A stretch of DNA of 64,000 nt from Eledone cirrhosa (taxonomy: Eukaryota). The notes below the pieces were generated by a model. It was not told the origin of the DNA and ran no database searches. It saw only the letters and a list, made by a program, of their open reading frames with translations. Where the stretch lies: the NCBI GenBank assembly GCA_964016885.1, contig OZ024742.1, positions 252,402,001-252,466,000 of the forward strand. Direction: 5' to 3'. Below, piece by piece: positions 28,589 to 41,667 of the stretch. The first letter of the stretch is position 1, and each line of letters opens with the position of its first letter. The translations under genes and the position numbers were made by a program.

Positions 28589-28984
28589 GGTGGTGGTGGT
28601 GGTGGTGGTGGTGGTGATGATGATTGTGTTGGCAGCAGTGGGGATAATGATGATGATGATAAATGGAGAAACTAACTAAATATAAATATCTGGAGAAAGA
28701 AATAATCGGAATTTGGATAAGGAAAACAGAGACAATCCCTATAATAATAGGTGTTCTAGGATTGATAAAAAGAAAGACACAGACAGACACATAATGGAAA
28801 TCCCAGAGCTCATAATTATATAGAATGTACAGAAAATAGTTCTACTAGACTATTAGCCTGTATACATTTTACAAAAGGTACTTTCAAAATAATAGAAATA
28901 ACAACACCAAAAACACACTGCATGTACCCAAGGCACACAGAGCTGTGCTCGATAATTCAGTGAAAGAACGCAATGAAAACAAGA

Positions 28985-29397
28985 TTAATAATAATTGTTT
29001 CTACTTTGGGCACAAGGCCAGCAATTATCCCAGTGCATTACTGGTACTTTATTTTATCGACCCCGTAAGGATGAAAGGCAAAGTTAACCTCGGCTGGATT
29101 TGAACTCAGAATGGCAAGGGCCGTAACTCTATGCGTCAAAGCATGGTGTCCGACCCTCTACCGATACTGCCAATCCAATGGTTTCTGATTTAGGCACAAG
29201 GGCAACAATTTTGGGGTAGGGGAAAGTTGATTAAATCGACCCCAGTGCATTACAGGTACTGTATTTTATCGACTCACATAAGGATGAAAGTAAAAGCTAA
29301 CATTGGCAGGATTTGAACTCAGAGCATAAAGAGCCGCAACTCTATGTCGCTAAGCATGTTATCCAATGTCCAACCAATACTGCCAATCCCCCACCCT
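28985..29397 (-). mobile_element. Two tandem SINE family 1 copies upstream of Tx1 copy B
   Basis: Match to 6046-6245. Confidence 0.8.
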
Positions 29398-29653
29398 TGA
29401 TACAATAATAATAATAATAATAATTATTATTATTATTATTATTATTAGCGACCTACGTAGTAAATCGTATCATCGTGAGCTCCGCAAAGGTTTGTTATTT
29501 CTGTTTGTTAAAAATTGTCATTTATGGAAAATTTTATTGTTAACTGTTTATAAGCGCACATACATTGTTTTCCGAAAAGGACACCCAAGAAGATTGGGGC
29601 CTTGTGCCCAAAATTTAAACTTTTATTATTATCAAAAAATTTCTTTGAAAAAT

Positions 29654-31612
29654 ATGGCTAATTCACCTCTGCAACAAGCAGCTGAAAGCCTTCCTCACAA
29701 ATTAACACCTCACACCGACACCACCATTGTAAATGTTACTACGTTTGCCAACACAAAAAAAAATATAAGCAGTAGCAATATTTTAAATTTGTCTCAGGCA
29801 GACATTCATTTCCCGCCATTACCAATGACTGCAGGTGTTAAAGCCTCCACTACCACCACCCCACCACCACCGCGACAACAGAAACAAAAGAAGAAAAAAA
29901 TAAATTAACTCGTGATGTCGAAATGAAATCAAGCAAAATGGACTCTTCCCCACCAAAGACGACTGACGTCACCACCACCACAACTGAAACTAAAATTAAT
30001 ATTAACGATAGCAACAACAACAACAATGACATTATAAAACCGACCCTCAGTTTCGCCAGAGTAGCAAAACAATTCGAAGCTTGTACGGTAACTCAGGAGG
30101 ATTTAGAAAATGCCAAACAAATGGTAAAGAAAGATGGGTACAGGGTCAGCCTCCCCCCCCCCCACCTAATAAAATGGAGCATCGGCGCCTATGCACCGTG
30201 TCGTATAGAACAATAAATGTAAAATCGCGCCGAGTGGAACGGGCATCCGAGTCCCAAATCCAAAAAGCTTTGGGACGTGTGTGGGCAAGAAAAACCCACA
30301 TCAGACGTGGGCAAAAGTATGGAACCGTGGACGTGTTCTTTGAAACACCAGAGGAGGCTAGAGAACACTCCATGGCCCCATTAAAAAGTGACGACTTCAC
30401 ACTCGTCCCAAGCTATTGTGGCCAGAGACTCGTAAAGATCAGGGTGACGCACGTTCCACCGGTCATCGAAATTCCCTGGCTAATAGCGGCCGTCCTCGCC
30501 GGCATCGAAGCCAACACGAAAATAATAGCAGTAGCAAAAGAAAAGCAGGAAAACTGGTCCGGATCTGGGATGGAGCTCCTGATCCAAGCGGACCAAAAAA
30601 GCATTGAGGAGATCCCAGAGGTAATAGACCTCACTGACGGCAGCCACCTCACGGTAATTGTCGAGGGCAGAAGACCTAGGTGTGTCGTTTGTGGTGAAGG
30701 AACCCACCTAAGGGCTTTCTGCCCTCAGGCTAAAAGGTTGAGGCCACCTCTCCTACCCACCCCAGTGACACAACCATCAACACCACCAGTAGCAGAGATG
30801 GCAGCAACAACTGTAGCAGCAACAACAGAAGCAACTATAACAGCAACAACCCCAGCAAAACCAACACCACTACCACCACCAGCAAAACCAACACCACCAC
30901 CACCCAACGCTTCAGAACTAGCACCAGCGCCTACACCATCCACCACACCACAACCAAAACTAACGGCTGTGGAGGATTTTCCACTCCCCGGCCTATCACA
31001 ACTGGAGACAGATTGTGACGACGAGGAGTGGGAAACGATATCCGGAAAAAAAAAAGAAACCAAGAAAGAGAAAATTCTCTTCCTTCCCCCTCCAAAAACA
31101 AAATACAGAGGGAAACAAATAAACTAAGAAACAAAAAAGTTAGGACAGATATGCCACCATCCACACCAGCATCACAAACCCCATCAACCCAAACACCAAC
31201 ACCATCACCATCATTAACTCCAACACCACCATCACCTACACCACAAAAGTCACCAAAATGCGAAACAGAAACAAACCCACAACAAACGCAAACAAAACAA
31301 AACAACCAAAACGATACACACTACACAGCATTAAATTTGAACAACAAGCAATTATTACACTACATCCAACACAACACCAGCATCACAGAAAAAGAATACA
31401 CAACAACCCCAAAATTCACACCACCTCCACACATACAAATCACTCGCATCACACAGAAAACGCACATGACACTAAAACAAAAATTCCCCAAAGACATCGG
31501 AGACTTCCGACAAGCACTCTCCAGGAGGATTTATAAGGACATCCTTCCTGAGGAGGCCACACGCAGTGAAAAGGATGGAAAAACCGTCCTTCCCCTACGA
31601 GAAGTAAGGTAA
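29654..31612 (+). pseudogene. ORF1 region of Tx1 copy B (frameshifted)
   Basis: Segments MANSPL.., MKSSKM.., MEHRRL..(CCHC) and ..LREVR. The A-run near 31046-31055 has 10 A versus 11 in copy A, giving a frameshift. Confidence 0.8.
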
Positions 31613-31646
31613 GTGGTCTTTCCCATCTTTTCCACTCCTTTTCAAC

Positions 31647-34600
31647 ATGACCTCACTCAGAATAGGCAGCATAAATGCGCGTGGCTTGGGGTCGTCATGG
31701 AAGCAGGGCCACCTGCTCAACGACCTCAGGTCACTAAACATAGATGTAGTGGCCATCAGCGAGACCAGAATCTCCGAAGCACAGGCTTTCGCACCGATCT
31801 TCGGCGGCTACGATGTGTACGCATCTCCCAGCCGTCCGGGATCGGGGGGAGGAGTTGCTGTGCTTTTTCGGAGAGGTTTGGATCTTGCCATACGGGCCAT
31901 CTTCCTGGACCCAGAAGGTAAGTTGGTGGTGCTGGACGTGACCAGCGGAGACGGGCAAGCTTTCAGGTTAGTGGCCATCTATGCCCCGACAGGAGCAGGG
32001 CGGCCTGATTTCTTCCGGCGTCTGGAGACCTTTCTTGGAACGTCCCGCTCTTTAGTGTTAGTGGGCGACTGGAACGGGATCTTAGATGCACGCTGGGATT
32101 GTGTGGGATTGGTGGATAGGGAAGGAGGGTGCAAGAGTCTCACCAACCTGCTCAGACGTTTTGAACTGTCTGACAGGTACCGAATGGATTTCCCGAATGT
32201 ACCAATGTGGACTTGGACAAATCGCATAGGATCATCCAGATCATATCTAGATAGAGTATTTTGTAGGGAAATAGATAGGTCTAGCATAGGCTGTCCACAA
32301 TTCAAGATAGTCAGCTACACGGACCACAAATTCGTGATCTGTGTGCTTGACTTAGATAGGCTTCATAGACGAGGACCCGGCTACTGGAAGCTAAACGCGT
32401 CCTTACCAGCGCGCAAGGCCTACAGAGACCGGATTAGCGAACTAGTTAAGCGGGCGTTGACGGGGGCCATCGTCAACAACAAGTGGTGGTTTGCTCTGAA
32501 AAGAGCAATTAGAATAGAGTTCATTAGGTTTAGTAAGACTTTAGCAATAGAGAAAAATAGAGCAGAGGGAGAATTAGTTAGAAAATTAGATGAGGCGCTT
32601 AGCAAAGGCATCGCGACCGACGTACTTGCGGCGAAATTGGCCCTTGACCAATTCTTCAATGCAAAGCACGAAGGCTGCGTTGTCAGAGCTAGGGTGCGTG
32701 CTCTCAGACACGAGGGGACGAAAGCCGTTCAATGGGCCCGAGTGGCGGAGGCGCGTCGTGGCAACAAAGCCACGATCCGGTCTTTGGTGGACCACGACGG
32801 GCGCATGCTACTCGATCCCGGGCAAATGTGTGAAGCTTTTCAGCGACACTTCGCTCAACTGTTCGGGGGCAGTGGCGGGCCGGATCGAGGGATGGACTTT
32901 AGTGTCTACCTCGACGGACTGCCGCGGCTTTCGGCCACTGAGGCGGAGTGTTGCGAAAAGCCGATAACAACCGCTGAAGTACGGGATGCAATGACTAGTT
33001 GCACAAGGGGTAAATCGCCTGGTTTGGATGGTCTGCCCTATGAACTTTACGTACAAATGCCAAACTTGTTCGGAGGCCTCTTGGCGGACGTCTACTGCAA
33101 CTGGCAACAGAACGGGAGAATTCCCAGCTCTGTGAGCCGAGGAGCGGTGGCGCTGCTGAGAAAGGATCCGAACAAGGGGGATAACATAGATAATTTTAGG
33201 CCCATAACTCTGCTAAACACAGAGTTCAAGATTTTGGCCAAGGTGCTAGCAAAGAGGTTGGCGCTTGTCGTTGGTCGTCTGGTGGGAGAGGCACAGACAT
33301 GCGCCATTCCCGACAGATCCATCCACGACAACCTCCACCTCATGCGATACATCGTAGAGAGGGTAGCTAGGGAACCTGGCACGGGTGGGTCTTTGATCAA
33401 TTTAGATCAGTCGAAAGCCTTCGATAGGGTCGACCATCGTTACCTAGCGGCAGTCCTGAGGGCGGCTGGCTTTGGGCCCGTCTTCAGAGGCTGGATCGCT
33501 GCCATGCACAGCGACATCTGCTCTGTAGTGAGAGTGAACGGTCATCTTTCGGAACCGTTCAACATCATGCGCTCGGTCCGCCAAGGATGTCCCCTCTCGT
33601 CCCTATTGTACGTATTGACTCTCGAGCCATTACTGCACAAACTGGAGACGTTGAGGGGGGTCCCGCGCGAACTAGGATGCGGAAGATCCGTGTCAGCATA
33701 TGCCGACGATGTCACCGTAGTGGTGTCGAACGCCAAACACATCGAGGCGATCGGCACTACACTAAGAGAATACGAAGCGGTGACAGGAGCAATGATCAAC
33801 CAGGAAAAGTCAGTGGGCCTGCAGCTCGGCACCTGGAGAGGCAGGTCCATGCCGTCCAACAGCGTCGTCGGGCGCTGGACGGACGGACCGGTTAAATTGC
33901 TAGGGGTCTGGTTCGGTCCAGACCTCCAGACGGACAAAAACTGGGACGAGGTGACGAGCAGGGTGGCTTCTCTCACCCAGAAATGGGCGGAGAGGAAGCT
34001 ATCCCTGAAAGGTCGAGCGGAGGTGGCGAACGCGTACATCGCATCCGTCATCTACTACCGCCTGACCGTCGTACCTTGTCCTAAGCCCCGCCTGACTGCG
34101 CTGGAGCGTTTGCTCTTTCGCTTCTTGTGGAAGGGACGCGCTCCGATGGTCAGGCGGTCCATCTGCTGTCAACACCCGCTACGTGGAGGGCTGGGCATGC
34201 CGTGGCTGATGATGCGCAGACACGCGCTCAGGCTACGACATCTCCACCTCTTCCTCGACGGTGATCAGGTGTGGTCGCCGTTTGCGAGACACGTTTTTCC
34301 CCAGCTCGTCTCCTTGACGGAGCTGCAGTCCTGGGTCAAGCGAAGACCGAGAGGTAGCGCTTGGAGACTGGAATGTCTTCAGGCGCTCACAGCCCTCGAC
34401 CAATCGGGCAATGTGATCGGTGGAAACTCCACCTTGGCGTTCTATAGGGGATTAGTGGAGGGGAAGAGCGACGACGTACTTGGAGAAACTCTAGGCGTCG
34501 ACGAAAATCAACTAGCCAATCTCTTCGGAAGGACTTTCGGGCCGGGGCCTATGGACAACTTCCAGAAATCCCTGGCCTGGCAGTGCTACTGAGGAGCTTT

Positions 34601-35066
34601 GCCAGTTCGGGATAAACTCTACAGGCATGGAGGTGCCGTCAGCCGGGCATGTCCGAGATGCGCGCAAGGCGACGAAACCGTCCTGCACGCACTCGTCCAG
34701 TGTCCGAGCATTGCTGACTTGTGGGTTTATGTCGAACACCTGCTGTCACGTGTAGGACCGATCCAGCTATCAGCTGAGTCCATCGTGAGGATTGCCCCGC
34801 CCCCTTCCTTTAGCCGGGAAGGGCAGGCAGTTTTTATCTGTCTGGTGGCCATGGCGAAAGAGATAGTTTGGTGGACACGTTTGAAAGGGCTGAAGACGAG
34901 CACTTACCTCTTCGGTGATGCCCTGATTAACTTTTTCAAATTTCATCTGAAAAGGAAAATCAGGGTAGAGAGGGAAGTGCTCTCTTCCCAGCATTTTGTT
35001 GAAAGATGGGTGAGAGAAGCAAGTATGGCCCGAATGAATGGGCCTTCTCTGAGTATGTGTCTGTAA
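31647..35066 (+). pseudogene. ORF2 (APE + RT + C-terminal zinc motif) of Tx1 copy B, one in-frame stop
   Basis: 981-aa ORF ends at TGA 34590-34592 (CGA in copy A) and continues in frame to 35066. Confidence 0.92.
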
Positions 35067-35310
35067 ATTAAAGGTGGAAAACTGGGAGAGGGCACTTGCC
35101 CTGGTGGTCAGGGCCACTGTGGTCTTTTAATGGGCTTTCTCCACAAATGTCCCTCGGAAGTCTCCCCCCTATTGGGGAATTTTTCTTTGTTATTTTATTT
35201 CATCCTCTGTTTTTTTTTACACGCAGAAATGCCCATTTGTACCGTCCTGTATTGTCCTGTACTGTCCTTAATGTCTACTTTATGTAAACCCTTGTGGTTA
35301 ATAAAGAAAA

Positions 35311-35371
<61 letters not shown>

Positions 35372-35575
35372 AAGGCGGTGGATTGGCAGTATCGGTAGAG
35401 GGTCGGACGCCATGCTTTCCAGCATAATTACGTCCCTTTACGATCTAAGTTCAAATCCCGCCGAAGTTGACTTTGCCTTTCATCCTTACGGGGTCGATAA
35501 AATAAAGTACCAGTAATGCACTGGGTAATTGCTGGCCTTGCGCCTAAAGTAGAAACAATTATTATTATTATTATT
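35372..35575 (+). mobile_element. SINE family 1 copy directly after the (ATT)n tail of Tx1 copy B
   Basis: Full head-body-tail, ending in (ATT)n. Confidence 0.85.
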
Positions 35576-35611
35576 CAATATAAAACTCACAAATACATAT
35601 ATACATATGTG

Positions 35612-35667
<56 letters not shown>

Positions 35668-35748
35668 CGGTAAACAGAAATAACAAGACAAACAGCACAG
35701 TATATGGAAGGAATATATTAATTTAATGCTTTTAATAACAGGAAGAGG

Positions 35749-35786
35749 GTCTTAACGTTTCGGACACTAGCCCTTCATCAAAAGAC
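35749..35786 (-). ncRNA. Minimal hammerhead with C3U core change
   Basis: GTCTT-TTGATGA-AGGGCTAGTGTCC-GAAACGTTA-AGAC. Confidence 0.6.
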
Positions 35787-36420
35787 AGAATGAGAAATTA
35801 AAGAAGAAATAGAAAGATTGAGGGGACAAGATAAACCATATATAACACTATAAAATCTCTGAAGTCCACCATAACTATCACATTGCCCCAAATAGATAGA
35901 GAACATCTGATTCAGGCATGCATTAAAGCAACCTTCAATGCTAATGGTGGATTCATTGAGTGGGTGTTTCAAGAAGAATCATAAGGTTATTTACGCCAAT
36001 TTTTTCTTATATAAAGCTCTTTTTTTCATGCCTTATGCATGTTTTACTAAATTCATGCAAATATTCTCAAAGAACTGAGCAACACTGTAACAGTGAATTT
36101 ATGGACAGGAATGGACCGTACCATTTTATTACGAATGTGTCACCTGATTTTACTTGAAGATTGCATTAACCCTTTAGCATTTACATTACTCTATATTTAC
36201 TATTATATTTTCACTGGAATACTCATTGTTAAAATTATGCAAGATCCATTAAGAGAGAAATTTTTCAGATATCCACCACACATCATTTCTAAAAATTAGT
36301 TTTTATATATATATTTTTTTTATAAATGGTAAATAAGTACCTAAATACATACCTGCATAAAAGCAAGCACATACACACACACTCACAGATCTATATATCT
36401 ATCTATCTCTCTCTCTATGT

Positions 36421-39263
36421 TGGTTGACGGGTGCAATCGTCAACAACCGATGGTGGGCATCTCTCAAAAGAGAGATTAGAACAGAATCAATAAGTTATAG
36501 CAAGATGTTAGCTGCCGATAGGAATAGAAACGAGAAAGAATTAACAGGTAAATTAGAAGAGGCAATCAAGAGCGAAGATGTGGCCAGAGTGCTGGCATCG
36601 AGGACGGCCTTGAACCAGTTTTTCGATGCAAAGCACGAAGGCTGCGTCATTCGAAGTAAAATACGTGCTCTAGGTAATGAGGGGGCCAAAGCCGTTGGCT
36701 GGGCCCGCATGACAGAAGCTAAGAGTGGAAATCGATCCACCATCCGGTCTTTGCAAGACGGGGATGGACGGGTGATCTGGGAGCCTAAGCAGATGTGCGA
36801 GGCCTTTCAAAGGCACTTTGCCCGATTATTCGGGGGAGGCGGGGGTCCGGGCGGGGACGTGGATTTCGGTCCATACCTCGACGGCTTGCCGCGTCTCTCG
36901 AGCGAAGAGGCAGAGTCCTGCGAGGGACCAATCTCGGCTGATGAGATCGGGGATGCGCTGAGCCAATGCAGCAGACGCAAATCTCCAGGTCTCGATGGTA
37001 TACCTTACGAACTTTATTTAGCAATGCCAGTCTTCTTCTCCGAACTCCTCGAAGCGGTCTACTGCAATTGGCAGCAGAACGGCAGAATTCCTTGTTCTGT
37101 AGCCAAGGGCGTAGTCTCGCTGGTGAGGAAGATGAGAACAAGGGGGGTAGTATAAATAATGTTCGGCCCATAACCCTGCTAAACACAGAGTTAAAGATTT
37201 TGGCCAAGGTGTTAGCAAAGAGGTTGGCGCTTGTCGTGGGTGGCCTGGTGGGAGATGCGCAGACATGTGCTATCCCATCCAGGTCCATTCACGATAACCT
37301 CCACCCCATGCGATACATCATAGAGAGGGTTGGCAACAAACACGGCTTCGGTGGGGCCCTGATCAACTTGGATCAGTCTAAGGCCTTCGATAGGGTCGAC
37401 CATGGTTACCTGGATGTGGTGCTAGCGGCGGCTGGGTTCGGTCCTGTTTTCAGAGGCTGGATCACTGCCTTACATAGCAACCACATCTGTTCTAGGATCA
37501 AGGTGAACGGCTACCTTTCGAAGCCGTTCGAAATCACACGATCCATTCGACAGGGGTGCCCTCTCTCCTCCCTTCTGTACGTATTGACTCTCGAGCCTTT
37601 ACTGAGGAAGTTGGAGTTGTTGCAGGGTATCCCCCTGGAACCAGGATTGAGCAAAGCGGTGTCGGCCTACGCCGATGACGTAACAGTAATGGTATCGACC
37701 GACTCGGAGATCGAGGCGATCGGTACCTTACTGGAGGATTACGAAAGGCTGTCAGGAGCGAAACTGAACCGGGAAAAATCCATCGGGCTGCAACTCGGAA
37801 CGTGGAGAGGCAGACCGATACCTCCCGACGGTGTCGTCGGACACTGGACGGAGGGCCCGGTGAAGTTGCTTGGGGTCTGGTTTGGACCGGACCTCCAGGT
37901 GGAAAAGAACTGGGACGAGGTTACGAACAAGGTGTTTGCACTAACCCAGAAATGGGCCAAGTGTAAGCTGTCCTAAAAGGTCGGGCGGAGGTGGCGAACA
38001 TTTACATAGCGTCCGTCACTTACTACCGCCTGACTGTCGTGCCTTGCCCTAAGGAAACACTCACCACCATGGAACGCTTGCTCTTCCAATTTCTTTGGAA
38101 GAAGCGCCCTCCTATGGTGAGAAGATCCATCTGCTGCCAACAACCTTCGAAAGGAGGGCTGGGGATGCCGTGGTTGATGATGCGTAGGCACGCATTAAGG
38201 CTACGGCACCTACAGGTATTCCTCACTGGTCAACCGGTGTGGGCTCCGTTCGTGAAACGAGCCTTTCCGAGACTCGTCTCACTCACCGAGCTGCAGTCCT
38301 GGGTGAAGCAAAGATCCGGAAAACTGGGAGACTGGCACACTGAGTGTGCCCAGGCGCTCAGGGCTCTCTGGCAAGCGGGCCAGGCCATCGGTGGAGAATC
38401 CACCTCATCATTCTATAGAGGGATGGTGGCTAGCAGGGGCGATGACACCCTTGGAGAGTCGCTGGACATGGAAGAGGACGAACTGGCCAGCCTGTTCGGT
38501 AGGACTTTCGGCCCGGGACCAATGGACAACTTCCAGAAGTCACTAGCCTGGCAGTGCTACCGGGGGGCTCTACCCGTTCGAGAGAGGCTCTACAGACACG
38601 GGCGCCCGGGCAGGGATCCCTCGAAAAAGATTTGCCCTAGATGCGTGCGTCACGAAGAAACCGTTGCGCACGCATTGGTGCACTGTCCGGGCGTGGCTGA
38701 TCTGTGGGGCTACGCCGAACGACTGCTGTCGCGGGTGGCGCCGATTCGATTGACCGCCGAGTCCGTGATGACAATCAAGCCGCCTCCCCTCTTCACAAAG
38801 GAAGCAAAGGCGGTTTTTCTGTGCGTAATAGCCATGTTGAAAGAGGTTGTTTGGTGGACACGATTGAAAGGTCTGAGGTCAGGCAATTTCCTCTCTGGCC
38901 ATAGTCTGGTCTACTTCTTCCGATATCACTTCGGAAGAAGGATAAGAATGGAGAGAGAGGTGCTTGGCCACAGGCAGTTTTATGAAAGGTGGGTGATAGT
39001 GGCGAGAATGGCTCGTGTAAATGGGCCTTCTCTGTATACCATCCTGTAGTAAAGAAGTGAAGGAGAGGGGAGCACCTTCTCCATGTGCTCCCCGGGCAAA
39101 GGATTGCACACTTTTTCGGTGGGGGTGTGCAACCCCCATCACGTCCCCTCCCTTTTGAGGTTGTTTTCGATTATTTTCATTTTATACCCTTTTTACTCGA
39201 TTTTATGTAAACTCCCCCTTTGTATTTGTCCCTTCTTTTTATGCCTTTATGGTAAATAAAGAA
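36421..39263 (+). mobile_element. 5'-truncated Tx1 LINE of a second, related family
   Basis: ORFs 36424-37155, 36966-37976 and 37991-39049 are colinear with copy B ORF2 but clearly diverged, with two frameshifts. 3' UTR ends AATAAAGAAA. Flanks are TATC/TC microsatellite. Confidence 0.9.
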
Positions 39264-39607
39264 ATATATCTATTTCTCTCTCTATATATATATGTATATA
39301 TATAGCGATGGTTTGTTGGTCATATTGGTAGTTGATTGTGTTGTGGTGTTGATTCGATTGTTGCGTGTGCACTCACTTGTAGTTTGCTGTGTTGTGTGCT
39401 ACAGTGGGACCAGAGGTTACATGTGTGCAGGTAAGTGAGTAAGTGTTCAATAAGATGATGATATAATAGTTCATTGATCACGCAGAAAATGAATATATAT
39501 AAATGAACCACGATGACACCAAACCGCTATATTATTAATTCATTTAAAATAGCCTATGCTGAAGCTATACGAAAAATACACAGGAATTATGGACGTTATC
39601 ATCAGAG

Positions 39608-39755
39608 ACCTTGCTTTACAGCATAGAGTTATGGCCTTTTTATGTTCTGAGTTCAAATCCCGCTGGGTTTTCAACCTTACGGGGTTGATAAAATAAAGCA
39701 CCAGCAATGCACTGGGTAATTGCTGGCCTTGTGCCCAAAGTAAAAACGTTATATT
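39608..39755 (+). mobile_element. Degenerate SINE family 1 copy
   Basis: GAGTTCAAATCCCGC...GCTGGCCTTGTGCCCAAAGTA. Confidence 0.7.
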
Positions 39756-40205
39756 TGTTTGTTTGTAAAAGTAGAATTAAATGTATTTACCAAGAAAACT
39801 TCACGAACTTCACTGGCTTGATTGAGAAAGAAACCAAGAGATAGAGATTCGGTGAAAGAGAGAGAATAAGAGAAAGTAAGAGTCTGTAAGACCTGCAATA
39901 GTTTACATATTTACTCTATCAAAAACAGCTCCAAACTGCTGTCTGTTTGATCCAAGGTGGGCTACTTATCCATGTCACTTCTTCTGTCTCAAGACTTTAG
40001 AACACAGGGCTGACCGTTAGAGGTCGTCCACTCTCAGACTTATTGACGGCCGAAAGGAGATAACCCAGAAAATGACCACGAGATGACTCCCAGGGGTCAA
40101 GGTGTGGACATATTTCGCTACATATATATATATATATAGTTTCAGAAGATCTCGTTAAGTGTGAAAGCAGTGATTCTTTGCTTAAACTTTAATCTGTTAT
40201 TTTAA

Positions 40206-40271
<66 letters not shown>

Positions 40272-40426
40272 TTAGTATCGTGAGAGAGTAGAAGGTTTAA
40301 AGGGATAAGCGATACATATAGTTAGTTGCCATAAGCTGGTGCATTTGTGCTCAATACTTGTGCCTACAGGGTTAAATATCGGAAGCGTTAATATTTAGTG
40401 GGCGAGAATATAAGCAGAGCGGTTAC

Positions 40427-40529
40427 AAATGAAATAATTACGAAAGAGAATACAGACTGTTAGAACATGTTTATACAATTGTATAAACATGTTCTAACAG
40501 TCTGTATTCTCTTTCGTAATTCTTTCATT

Positions 40530-40530
<1 letters not shown>
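40427..40530. repeat. Spacerless palindrome (43-bp perfect arms, 104 bp with one mismatch)
   Basis: 40436-40478 is the exact reverse complement of 40479-40521. Confidence 0.95.
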
Positions 40531-40583
<53 letters not shown>

Positions 40584-40601
40584 CATACATATATATATGT
40601 A

Positions 40602-40667
<66 letters not shown>

Positions 40668-41667
40668 AAGCAGTTGACTTAATGACTTAAGAAGCATTGA
40701 GAAACTTTGAAAACTGACATATGTGTGCATCTGTAACGGAATATTATGTGTGGTTGTAACGATAAGTGGATGGATAGATGTAACTGTTGGTATGGTGGTT
40801 TTGATGTAAAGAAAAATACCAGGTTTGTGTTGTTACAAAGTTTATTTTATTATAACAATATTCAATTTGAATATTGAATGATAAAATCAATAACACAAAA
40901 TATTCATACAATAATTTGGTGGTTCTTCGAGCCACGTAAATTCAAGTATCACAGAATACGATTATAATATAATTTGTACTGTATCAGAAAGGTACAATAT
41001 GTGTAAACAGAAATGAATGGTGCGTGTACAAATACTGAACTCACTATGAATGCGTGTGTGCGTATCAGTATATTTACTTATTTGTATTGCAGGAGTCAGC
41101 GATCAGCCAGGAAGGTGAGAATAAGTGGCAGACTGGTTTTTCGTGACGAGAGCTTGTAAATGCGACTTGTCTTGTCTGTATATCACTTCTTTTCTGTCGA
41201 GGCGTAAACAACCCCTGTATTTATAAGAGTTGAAGTTAGAAGGATAGATATATCCTCTGAACTTTGGTTAGTCTCCCAAGGGATTAGTTTGCCAAGCGTA
41301 AACAAGTCAGAAAGATGGATATATCCTCTGACCTATTTTCTGTCAGGCGTAAACACCTCTCACCTGTGTTTAGCCTCTCCCAAGGGGGTTAGTCTCTTGA
41401 GCGTAAACAAGTTACCACGGCTTGTCCCAGAGGCGGGAAAGCTCGGATTCGGTTTCGAATCTTCGCCGCCGTTATACATCCCAATGCAAATAACCATAAT
41501 AATCGAATACTATAATAATCAAATACTATAAATAGTAGCTGAGAAGATCAAATTTGACAGAGGTGCCTGTGAAGAAATGAACCCTGGTTTACTCAATTTT
41601 CTCAACTATTATTTATAGTTTGACTATTATGTTGGAACACACACACACACGCACATATCTCTCTCTA

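Larger units (their letters stand above)
29447..35311 (+). mobile_element. Full-length Tx1/L1-clade non-LTR retrotransposon, copy B
   Basis: Same organisation as copy A. (TTA)n immediately 5' and (ATT)n at 35312-35370 immediately 3'. Confidence 0.95.
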
